A stretch of 64,000 nucleotides of DNA from an uncultured Chloroflexia bacterium (GCA_963768655.1 CAVYIM010000006.1:96001-160000); one strand, 5' to 3'. Shown: positions 9,584 to 18,185, counted from the first letter of the stretch. Numbers and translations: made by a program. The notes: generated by a model not told the origin, from the letters alone.

Positions 9584-10084
9584 GTGGCACACGATCCGGC
9601 GACTCCATCCATCCCGCCCGAAGCCCGCGGTGCGCTGGTCCTCTTCGTCGATGACGAGCCCTTGCGTCGGGCCTTCGCCATGAAAGTGCTCGGACAGGCT
9701 GGGTTCGTCACGGAGACGTTAGGAGACGGCGCCCCAGCGGTCGAGCGCCGCTTCCAAGACCCCGTGCCCGCTGTCATCGTCATGAACTGGCAGATGTTCG
9801 GAATGCACGGAGACGTGCGAATGGACGGAGACGTGGCCATCAGGCTCATACGGGAGCGAGAGGCCGCCGAAGGGCTGCCGCGCATGCCCATTCTCTTCGA
9901 AAGCGGCGACATTCTGAGTTCCAAGGTCAGGTCGGCCGACGCAGACGGATTGCTGGCTATGCCCTGCAATGTCGATCAACTGGTCGAAGCCGTCCTCCAG
10001 GTGGGCTGGCCCTCGCGGGCTGAGTCGCCCTGTGAGGCGGAGGCGTCAGCCCCGTCGGAATTCCTTGGCGACAGCTCAGCCTGA
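9584..10084 (+). CDS. Stand-alone CheY-like receiver, atypical (array cargo)
   Basis: VLFVDDEP acidic pocket and receiver fold; phospho-Asp position reads N (VIVMNWQM) and the conserved KP reads MP. Start uncertain. Confidence 0.75.
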   Translation: MAHDPATPSIPPEARGALVLFVDDEPLRRAFAMKVLGQAGFVTETLGDGAPAVERRFQDPVPAVIVMNWQMFGMHGDVRMDGDVAIRLIREREAAEGLPRMPILFESGDILSSKVRSADADGLLAMPCNVDQLVEAVLQVGWPSRAESPCEAEASAPSEFLGDSSA

Positions 10085-10219
10085 CTCCTGAGGCGAGCGC
10101 CGAGCAGCAGTCTCGGAGGCGACACCTGGCCCGCCCCGTTGGTGGCCACCCGCGCGTACGTTGCCCGACGGGTGGCACGCGTTTCTGGGTACATTCGCCA
10201 TCGCTGGCGCACGACGGGA

Positions 10220-10507
10220 TTACTTGCTGATGGGTCTAACTTGACAGTGGCGCGTGCCGCGGTCGTCGTCCCACTGGCGAGTCTGCAGGCGACCCTCGAT
10301 GGCGACCTGCTGACCCTTGCCCAGATACTGGCCGCAGACCTGCGCCAGGCGGTCCCAGACGACCACGTTGTGGTATTCCGCGCGCTCTTTGCCGTTGCCG
10401 CGGAACTCGTTGGTCGCCACAGCAAATGTGGCGACGGATGACCCGCTGGCCAGCGATCGCAGCTCCGGATCGCGGGTCAGTCGGCCGGTCAGAAGGACCT
10501 TGTTCAC
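10220..10507 (-). pseudogene. ssb: ssb 5' fragment, codons 1-87 (copy 2), truncated at site B; upstream DNA shared with copy 1 to 10617
   Basis: OB-fold N-terminus to ...[18 protein letters not shown], then foreign CQVRPISK*; the last beta strand and any C-terminal tail are missing. Confidence 0.9.
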
Positions 10508-10847
10508 GGTCCTGGTCTCCTCTCGCGGCGCCGCTGTGTCGCGACGCCCTCTCTTGCGGCGGTACTCGAACCGTATCCCCGCTCTCTCTACCGGCGCTCA
10601 TCCGCGGCTTATCCGGGCGACGGCGAAACCCGACGCGGCCATTCGACCTAGCCCCTGCTCCGCTGGTCGCCGACGATGCCGGCCCCGCGCCAGCCAGTCG
10701 AGCGGCTGTGTCGGGGGCCATAGACCCCGGTGGCAAAATGTGCGCTGTGCACGGGGGGCTTGGACACGAGGCCCACACACTGGCCGCCGGGACCGCGCCG
10801 AGCTACTGGCGAGACCGACCCGCATGGTCAATCGCGGGAGGTTCCCG

Positions 10848-11213
10848 ATGCGCTTCATCGAGATCAACGGCTTCTGCATCCGGCCCGACAAGCAGACCGA
10901 GTTCCAGCAGTGGGTCATCGCCAACGAGGCGCGGCTCAAGCGTGCGTACCCGCAGGGGTCCGAGTTCGGTGGCATCTTCGGAGTGGTCTACAGCTCTGAC
11001 AAGAGCGGCGGCGGATGCTACTGGCTAGAAACTCACGACAGCTACGGGGCTATTGACCTGAGCGCCGCTGTCTCAAAGGATCCGACCAGCGAGATGGCCA
11101 ACGTGATGAAGGAGTTCGTGGCATTCCTCGATCCGGATCGGAACGCGGGCTGGAGCCACCACCTGCTCAAGTCCGTCGTTGACGCCACCGTGTTCGACAT
11201 GCCCGCGAGCTGA
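10848..11213 (+). CDS. Hypothetical protein, possibly ferredoxin-like dimeric alpha/beta barrel (array cargo)
   Basis: GGGAGG RBS; MRFIEINGFCIRPDKQTEFQQW pattern is like ABM/NIPSNAP-type proteins. Confidence 0.65.
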   Translation: MRFIEINGFCIRPDKQTEFQQWVIANEARLKRAYPQGSEFGGIFGVVYSSDKSGGGCYWLETHDSYGAIDLSAAVSKDPTSEMANVMKEFVAFLDPDRNAGWSHHLLKSVVDATVFDMPAS

Positions 11214-11457
11214 AGTCGTGCGTGTCTGAATGGTCGATTCTCTGAGGCGTGGAGGTCGGCCCTGAGTCGCGCACGCAGTGGTCGCGCCGACCAGTCCAGG
11301 CAATCCCACAGTCAGGCCGGGTGAGGATAAGCCGCGCCCGCTAAGCGGCCCTCGCTTCGCTCCTCCCGGCCCCGCTCCGCTGGTCGGCTGCGCCGTGGCA
11401 GCAAGACCGGCCACGTCGGGGGCCAGCTGGGCACGTGGGTCACTTCTAGCGGTGGTC

Positions 11458-11492
11458 AAACCTAACACTGGCGCGTGCCGCGGTCGTCGCCG
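11458..11492. repeat. Site B copy (AAACCTAACACTGGCGCGTGCCGCGGTCGTCGCCG)
   Basis: Direct repeat with 9458, 10244, 12649, 13248 and 15414. Confidence 0.9.
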
Positions 11493-11545
11493 ACGTTCCT
11501 GTCCGGCCGGTTCGAGCGGATACTTTGGAGGTTGAGCATCTCGGC

Positions 11546-12397
11546 CTAACCTCCCAGCAAACGCGGCTGCATCGGCACGGGGAACGGCCTGCTGAGCAGG
11601 TAGCCCTGCCCGAAGTCGACCTCTCGATCCTGCAGAGCCAGCAGGTCCTTGCGGTTCTCGATCCCCTCGGCGATGGTCTGGGCGCCGATTCGGCGGCTGA
11701 ACGAGACGAACGCCTCGACCAGGGCCTTCTTCGCCTCGGCGTCCTTGTTGCCGATGCCCTGGACGATCTCCTTGTCGATCTTGATGATCGAGGGCTCCAG
11801 CGCGGCGATGACGGTGAAGCTCGCGTAGCCGGCACCGGCGTTGTCGACGGCGAAACCGAAGCCCAGGTCACGAAGGGCGCGGACCTGCTTCTTCATGTGC
11901 GGGACATCGTGGATCGCCTGACGCTCGATGCACTCGATCACTATCTGATCCGGCGAGAGGCCGACTCCACGGACGCGCTCTGCCAGGGCGCTGGCCTCGA
12001 ACTGGGGCGCCAGGAGGCTCGCTGGCAGGACGTTGATGCCGAACCGCATTCGCTGTCCAGCCGAAGCCGGTTCCACGACCTGGGCAATCCGAGTCAGCGT
12101 GGCTTCGACGATGAAGGAGTCGAGATCCACCTCACGCTTGGCCGCGACGGCCGCCTCCACGACATCGGTGATGGACTGGGATCCCATGCCGTGGCTCAGG
12201 CGGAACAGGCACTCCCATTCATGCGCCTTCAGGGTCGCGAGGTCCACGATCGGCTGGAACTCCACGCGGTGCTCGTGCAAGGCGAAGAACTGCGAGAGCA
12301 AGTCGGAACCGGCCTCTTCTTGGGTCTCGCCTTGGCCGATGCGATCGCCCCCCGATGTCTGCTCCACCGCCCTGTGTGATGCCCTGAAGAAGCGCAC
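11546..12397 (-). CDS. Stand-alone EAL-domain protein (c-di-GMP phosphodiesterase family; array cargo)
   Basis: FQPIV, ECLFR, IECIE, AVDNAGAG, IKIDK, IAEGIE, GQGYLLSRP; GAGGAGG RBS. Confidence 0.9.
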   Translation of the reverse strand: MRFFRASHRAVEQTSGGDRIGQGETQEEAGSDLLSQFFALHEHRVEFQPIVDLATLKAHEWECLFRLSHGMGSQSITDVVEAAVAAKREVDLDSFIVEATLTRIAQVVEPASAGQRMRFGINVLPASLLAPQFEASALAERVRGVGLSPDQIVIECIERQAIHDVPHMKKQVRALRDLGFGFAVDNAGAGYASFTVIAALEPSIIKIDKEIVQGIGNKDAEAKKALVEAFVSFSRRIGAQTIAEGIENRKDLLALQDREVDFGQGYLLSRPFPVPMQPRLLGG

Positions 12398-12648
12398 GGT
12401 GCCTCCTCACCTACGACCCCCGCGGCGTGCACCCTCACCGGGAAGACGAGACCGGCCAATCTCAAGGGCCCGGAGGTCTCAGTTCGTGGCCGCCTCGTGC
12501 CGGTTCAGGCGTCTAGGGTACAAGATCGTCCGTGATGAGCCGACCCCGCCGGCACTGGAAGCGCCCAGTCTCGCCCCGGTCCGCTCCGCTGGTTGGCTAA
12601 GTCGTGACAGCTAGACCGGCTGCGTCGGGGGACTCCAAGCCATGGGTG

Positions 12649-12682
12649 AAACCTAACACTGGCGCGTGCCGTGGTCGTCGTC
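12649..12682. repeat. Site B copy (AAACCTAACACTGGCGCGTGCCGTGGTCGTCGTC)
   Basis: One mismatch to the 11458 copy over the first 32 bp. Confidence 0.9.
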
Positions 12683-12837
12683 TCCATGGGCTCCAGCTCG
12701 GATGGAGGCGGCAAGGAGTAACGCAGTAGCCGCTGGGGTTCTGCCTCGCGTACGGCACGGGTGGGCGGGTGCCGCGCAAGGGCAGCAGACTATCCTCTAG
12801 AGTGGATCGGGTCAGGCGAAGCAACGGAGGAACAAGT

Positions 12838-13104
12838 GTGAGCGGCGACGCGGTGATCGCAGTCGTGGCCGGGGCCTTCTTCTTCGTCCTCCAGTCTCCC
12901 ATGAGGTGGCTCCGCAACGATCCGCACGCCTTTCGGAACTCGGCAGCGGCAGCTGCTGCATTTGCCACCGCGTGGTTCGTCGCGACCGACCTTCTGCCAG
13001 GCAGCAACGCGCGGATCGTCCTGATCCTGATCCTGATCATGGCCGCGGTGCTGGCCGCGACCAGTCGCTACTGGTTGCCCCGCGTTCGGCGACTACGGAG
13101 CTGA
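12838..13104 (+). CDS. Small 3-TM membrane protein (array cargo)
   Basis: GGAGGA RBS before GTG; three hydrophobic helices. Confidence 0.6.
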   Translation: MSGDAVIAVVAGAFFFVLQSPMRWLRNDPHAFRNSAAAAAAFATAWFVATDLLPGSNARIVLILILIMAAVLAATSRYWLPRVRRLRS

Positions 13105-13247
13105 GGCGGTCGTTCTCTCGCTGCCAGTCTGTCAGCCCTCACTCGCCCGCTGCCTCAGCACCCCCACCGAGACGAAACCCGTGGCAATCCCTCAGTCTGG
13201 CCACGTGGCAAGCCGAGCGGCTGCGCGGGGCCTGACGGCGTGCGTCT

Positions 13248-13280
13248 AGCCAAACACTGGCGCGTGCCGCACTCGTCGCC
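13248..13280. repeat. Site B copy, diverged (AGCCAAACACTGGCGCGTGCCGCACTCGTCGCC)
   Basis: Shares AACACTGGCGCGTGCCGC and TCGTCG with the other copies. Confidence 0.8.
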
Positions 13281-13527
13281 CGCGATCCGGCGTGGTCCAG
13301 CAACTGCGTCGAGGCCTCGCGTTCAGCCGTTTGCAGGATGCGCGCGGGCACGGCGAGTGTCAGGTGGATGGCCGCATCGTTCGAGCGATGGAGCGTCGAG
13401 CCCGTTGAGGCGGCACCATTCGGCACTTTGAGGCTCGGCTTGGGTCCGGCACAGTACGGCCAGGATCCGACCTGGCGCGGCGACGTGCCGCTCGGACGGG
13501 GATGAAGCTTGCCAGAGGAGGCGTCCG

Positions 13528-15414
13528 GTGGCAGGTCAGGACATCGAGCCTACGTCGGCCTTCGAGACTCGTTGGACTGTCGTTCGCGTCGAGAGGGGGT
13601 TGCCCGGTGTCCGTGCGGGCGACACTCTATCGTTCGAGCGCTCGGACTCTGAGATCACCGTGCTGAAGGCCGGTGCAGGGGTAGTCACCCGGCTATCACC
13701 GCCTGCCTCATTCCAGGTGGCGAGGTCCGAGACTGACCCGGACCTCGGTGAATGGCAGGTCGTTCATGACGGCCAGCGACTTGCAGTTCTGAAGCCGCGC
13801 CCACGTCTCTCTGCACAGGTGCGAGGCCAGGCCCCCACCGGAGTGAGGAAGGATGCTGGCGCGCAGTGGGTTCGTGTGTGCCTGAACTGCCACTCGCTCA
13901 ACTACGCCTGGTCTACGTGGTGTTGGGGCTGCGGAGCTCCGTCCTCGTCGTTCGGACCCGCGTTTCAGGCTCGTGGGCACCCGACCCCACCCCCACCGGG
14001 AGCCTCCAAGACCGTCGCCCCGGGGTGGGATCTCCCGGCGAGTACGAAGCCGAACGCGCTGCGGGGGGCTGCGCGCCCCAACGAGCTGAGCACGGCCGCC
14101 GCTGCGCCTCTCTATGACCCCGAGCCCAGCCTGTTCGGTGTTGCTCCCCCCATTGTCACGCCTGCCAGCAGCGCAACGACCTGGGCCAAGTACCTCCGCG
14201 TGATCGTGGGCTTCGTGGTGCTGGCTGTTCTCGGGTTGTACCGGGTTGGGAGTAGCGCCCCTGAGCCCAGCTCCTTCCCCATAACCAGCCCCTTCCCCAT
14301 GAGCGCCATGTGGTCGTTTGGTGCCGACCATACCGCGACCCTGCTGTCCGACGGCCGCGTGCTCGTCGCCGGGGGATTGGACCAAGACGACAACACCCTC
14401 TACTCCGCCGATATCTACGACCCCGTGAGCGGCACATTCAGCCCGACCGGCTCGATGACCACGGCTCGGGACTACCACACTGCGACACTGCTGTCCGACG
14501 GTCGCGTGCTCATCACCGGGGGTTTGGACCAAGACGGCATCGCGCTCTCCACCGCCGATATCTACGACCCGACGAGCGGCACTTTCAGCCCGACCGGCTC
14601 CATGTCCACCGCGCGAACGTTCGACACCGCGACCCTGCTCCGCGATGGCCGCGTGCTCGTGGCCGGAGGTGAAGACCAGGACGGCAACCGTCTAGCCTCT
14701 GCCGAGATCTACGACCCCGTGAGCGGCACTTTCAGCCCGACCGGCTCGATGGCCACGGCTCTGGACGACCACACCGCGACGCTGCTCCGCGATGGCCGCG
14801 TGCTCATCGCCGGGGGTTTGGACCAAGACGGCGACGCGCTCTCCTCTGCCGAGATCTACGACCCGACGAGCGGCACTTTCAGCCTGACCGGCTCGATGAT
14901 CACGGCTCGGGACTGCCACACCGCGACCATGCTGTCCGACGGTCGCGTGCTCATTGCCGGAGGTTTCGACCAAGACCGCAACGCGCTCTCCTCTGCCGAG
15001 ATCTACGACCCGACGAGCGGCACTTTCAGCCCGACCGGCTCGATGGCCACGGCTCTGGACGACCACACCGCGACGCTGCTCCGCGATGGCCGCGTGCTCA
15101 TCGCCGGGGGTTTGGACCAAGACGGCGACGCGCTCTCCTCTGCCGAGATCTACGACCCGACGAGCGGCTTCTTCAGCCTGACCGGCTCGATGATCACGGC
15201 TCGGGACTGCCACGCCGCGACGCTGCTGTCCCACAGCATCGTGCTCATTACCGGGGGTTTGGACCAGGGCGGCAGCCCGCTCTCCTCTGCCGAGACCTAC
15301 GACCCGATTCCCGGCATGTTCAGCGCGACCGGCTCGATGACCTTCACTTACCACAGACACACTGCCACGGCGCTCTCCACGACTGCGTCAGGGGGCCCGT
15401 TGGGGCTGGGATGA
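13528..15414 (+). CDS. Membrane-anchored Kelch-repeat protein with N-terminal RanBP2-type zinc finger (array cargo)
   Basis: CLNC-HSL-N-YAWSTW-CWGC; TM helix; seven 49-aa HTATLLxDGRVLxxGG repeats; GAGGAGG RBS. Confidence 0.85.
   Translation: MAGQDIEPTSAFETRWTVVRVERGLPGVRAGDTLSFERSDSEITVLKAGAGVVTRLSPPASFQVARSETDPDLGEWQVVHDGQRLAVLKPRPRLSAQVRGQAPTGVRKDAGAQWVRVCLNCHSLNYAWSTWCWGCGAPSSSFGPAFQARGHPTPPPPGASKTVAPGWDLPASTKPNALRGAARPNELSTAAAAPLYDPEPSLFGVAPPIVTPASSATTWAKYLRVIVGFVVLAVLGLYRVGSSAPEPSSFPITSPFPMSAMWSFGADHTATLLSDGRVLVAGGLDQDDNTLYSADIYDPVSGTFSPTGSMTTARDYHTATLLSDGRVLITGGLDQDGIALSTADIYDPTSGTFSPTGSMSTARTFDTATLLRDGRVLVAGGEDQDGNRLASAEIYDPVSGTFSPTGSMATALDDHTATLLRDGRVLIAGGLDQDGDALSSAEIYDPTSGTFSLTGSMITARDCHTATMLSDGRVLIAGGFDQDRNALSSAEIYDPTSGTFSPTGSMATALDDHTATLLRDGRVLIAGGLDQDGDALSSAEIYDPTSGFFSLTGSMITARDCHAATLLSHSIVLITGGLDQGGSPLSSAETYDPIPGMFSATGSMTFTYHRHTATALSTTASGGPLGLG
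14329..15357 (+). repeat. Seven tandem 147-bp Kelch-coding repeats
   Basis: Fixed 147-bp period; units 4 and 6 are nearly identical in DNA. Confidence 0.9.
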
Positions 15415-15550
15415 ACCTAACACTGGCGCGTACCGCGGTCGTCGTCCCACTGGCGAGTCTGCAGGCGACCCTCGATGGCGACCTGCTGACCCTTGCCCAG
15501 ATACTGGCCGCAGACCTGCGCCAGGCGGTCCCAGGTGCCACGTTGTGGTA
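15414..15550 (-). pseudogene. ssb: ssb internal fragment (codons ~45-87) bounded by a site A duplication and site B
   Basis: [41 protein letters not shown] followed by GTTAGGT. Confidence 0.9.
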
Positions 15551-15668
15551 CCCGCCCGGAGCGCTGGTGACAGAAAGACATATGCTCCGGCCGAGGCGCC
15601 AGCGCTAGACTCTGGTCAGAGAGCGGCCCCTCCCAAGGCTCGCTCCGCGACGAAAGGGGTTCGATCCG

Positions 15669-15863
15669 ATGGCAGGTAAGTTCGTGCTGTCCAAGGCCAA
15701 GAACGGCAAGTTCCACTTCTCGCTCAAGGCTGGGAACGGCGATATCATCGCCACGTCCCAGATGTACGACAGCAAGGCCGGTGCCCTCAACGGCATCGAG
15801 TCTGTCAAGAAGAACGCGTCGGGGGCTACGGTCGACGATCAGAGCGACAAGCCTGCCGAGTAA
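15669..15863 (+). CDS. YegP/DUF1508 family protein (array cargo)
   Basis: [48 protein letters not shown]. Confidence 0.9.
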   Translation: MAGKFVLSKAKNGKFHFSLKAGNGDIIATSQMYDSKAGALNGIESVKKNASGATVDDQSDKPAE

Positions 15864-15979
15864 GCCCCGAGGCCCCGACCGCAGCCAGTCACCATCCCGT
15901 AGTCCTCTCTCGCGTCCTGCAGGCCCTCGCTGTGTTCGGCGGGGGCCTCTCTTATCCCACCCACCCGAGTGTGGCGAAA

Positions 15980-16001
15980 TACGACTAAGTGGCGCTTAGA
16001 C
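15980..16001. repeat. Site A, copy 2: GACTAA-GTGGCGC-TTAGAC abutting ssb codon 51
   Basis: Matches 8485-8506 with one mismatch. Confidence 0.75.
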
Positions 16002-16154
16002 CCAGACGACCACGTTGTGGTATTCCGCGCGCTCTTTGCCGTTGCCGCGGAACTCGTTGGTCGCCACAGCAAATGTGGCGACGGATGACCCGCTGGCCAG
16101 CGATCGCAGCTCCGGATCGCGGGTCAGTCGGCCGGTCAGAAGGACCTTGTTCAC
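15996..16154 (-). pseudogene. ssb: ssb 5' fragment, codons 1-51; probably the original chromosomal 5' end
   Basis: Same truncation as 8501-8659; its upstream DNA diverges from the other two copies after 16209; it borders non-array DNA. Confidence 0.9.
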
Positions 16155-16360
16155 GGTCCTGGTCTCCTCTCGCGGCGCCGCTGTGTCGCGACGCCCTCTC
16201 TTGCGGCGGGTGAGAGAACGGCATCGAATGGGCATTCATCCCGGCTTACCGGCGGCTCATCCGAATGCGCTCTGGCCGCCTTTGACGCGATATGCTGGAC
16301 CCGGAACGGAGTTGCCCGGGAGCGATGACCGGACCGGGCCGAGGGAAGGAGAGGGTGTCG

Positions 16361-17987
16361 ATGTCGACTTCGCACCGGCTGGCGACGGGTCGTCGACCTG
16401 CCGTGCTGGGCCGCATCGGACGAGTTGGGGCCGCCGTCTTGCTGGGAACGGGTTTCGTGGCCTCGGCCTGGGCCGGGCCGCTGGCCGGGCCCCTCGCCGC
16501 GGCGCCGGTCGGGGGCCGGGTCGTGGCCTGGGGCTACGACCACTCCGACCAGACCGACGTCCCGGATTCCGCCCAGGCGGGCGTGATCATGGTCGCGGGG
16601 GGCTGCAACCACAGCCTCGCCCTCAAGTCGAACGGAAGCGTGATCGCCTGGGGTGACGACACGTACCACCAGACCGATGTCCCTGCGGCAGCCCAATCGG
16701 GAGTCATCGCCATCTCGGCCGGGTGCAACCACAGCCTGGCCCTGCGATCGAACGGCCAGATCGTGGCCTGGGGCGACAACTAGTACGGCCAGTTGAACGT
16801 GCCTTCTCTGCCCGCCGGTCGGAGGTGGATCGCGATCGGCGCCGGCGAGCGACATAGCACGGGCGTGGCCAACGGCGGTGTAGCCAACCAGGTCTATGCC
16901 TGGGGCGACGACACGTATCTCCAGACGGAAGCCCCGATCTCCGTATACAAAGGGCAGTCGATCACGCTCCCGAACAGCCATGACGTCGACGCGGGCGAGT
17001 ACGACAGCATCGCCCTGAACAAGAACGGAACCGTGGCGGTCTGGGGTGGCCCGCCCGCAAGCCTCGGAGCCGTCCCGGCAGGGCTCTCACACGTGATCGC
17101 CATCGCCATCGGCCGGGAACACGCTCTGGTGCTCGAGTCGAACGGCACGGTCGTGACCTGGGGCGAGAACGACTACTCCCAGCTGGACGTTCCGTCCGGC
17201 CTTTTGGGGGTCAAGGCGATCGCGGCGGGTGGCTATCACAGCCTGGCGCTGAAGTCGAACGGCCAGATCGTGGCCTGGGGTCGCGACGACTTCGGCCAGA
17301 CGGACGTGCCGGCTCTTCCACCCGGGTCGCGCTACTCGGCGATCGCCGCCGGGGCGCTCCACAGCCTGGCCATCGTCCCGCCGAAATCCGCCCGGCGCTC
17401 CGACGGGCGTGGCGGCCTCGGCCTGGGATGGCTCCGCCGCCGTCTCGTGGGCGGCTCCCGGGAGCGACGGGGGCGGCCCAATTTCGGGCTACACCGTCAC
17501 ATCGGCGCCGGGCGGCAAGACCTGCGCGACCACCGGCGCGTTGAGCTGCACTCTCGGCGGGCTCACCGACGGGACGTCGTACACGTTCACGGTCAGGGCC
17601 AGGAACGGGGCCGGGTTCGGAGCTACCTCGGCGAAATCGAACGCCGTGACGCCTATCGCTGGAACCACGCCGGAACCGAGCGCGAAGCCGACGCCGGCCG
17701 TCACGGCCGCACCGCCCGTCCCCACGCCCGTCCCTACCAGCAGCCCCTCGACCGGCCATCCCACCGCGAGCCCGACCGCCTCGCTCGCGGGCGCGGTCGC
17801 GGGCTCGAGATCGAGCGGAGGCGGCGGGTTGCTGTTGGTTCTAATGGCGGTGATCGCCGCGCTGGCCATCTGCCTGGCGGGCCTGGTCGGATACCAGATC
17901 GCCAGCATGAGGCGGGCGCCGGCGTTCGTCGGGGAACCGCCGGAGACTGACGAGACGGCGACGGACAGCGGTCGGCAGCCTTCGTGA
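16361..17987 (+). pseudogene. RCC1/BLIP-II repeat + fibronectin type III surface protein, interrupted
   Basis: GxxHSLALKSNG.V.AWG repeats, fn3 and C-terminal TM; in-frame TAG at 16781-16783 and a frameshift near 17385. Confidence 0.75.
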
Positions 17988-18185
17988 GCTGCCGGCCCTG
18001 CGGCCCGGGACGGCCGCCGGGCGCACCGGCGGAGCGGCGCGAGCCCCCTGCGACCGCGGGCGCGCCGGCTCGGTGAACGAGCGGGAGGGTCCGACCGTCT
18101 GCCGCGAAATCGCGGCCCGGCTATGCTGCCGGAGGCGTCGCCGCGCAGCGACGCCTCTGCGTTCGGCTGCGGAGGAGGAATCTGG

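Larger units (their letters stand above)
1..16209. mobile_element. Composite island / tandem cassette array integrated in ssb; left end outside the window
   Basis: Repeated ssb-derived junctions, one accessory gene per unit, conserved unit ends, visibly AT-richer patches. Confidence 0.75.

Noticed and set aside
11460-11537. Canonical integron attC site (ACCTAAC ... GTTGAGC), and the other RYYYAAC cores
   Set aside because: The intervening DNA has no L''/L' complementarity or long hairpin, it is ssb-derived, and no intI is in the window. The array is integron-like, not a standard integron.
9458-15445. CRISPR array formed by the ~30-bp repeats
   Set aside because: Spacing is 0.6-2.2 kb with whole genes between repeats; the repeats are ssb coding sequence; there are no cas genes.
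16781-16783. Programmed TAG readthrough (pyrrolysine)
   Set aside because: The same gene also has a frameshift and no pyl genes are visible; a point mutation or sequencing error is simpler.
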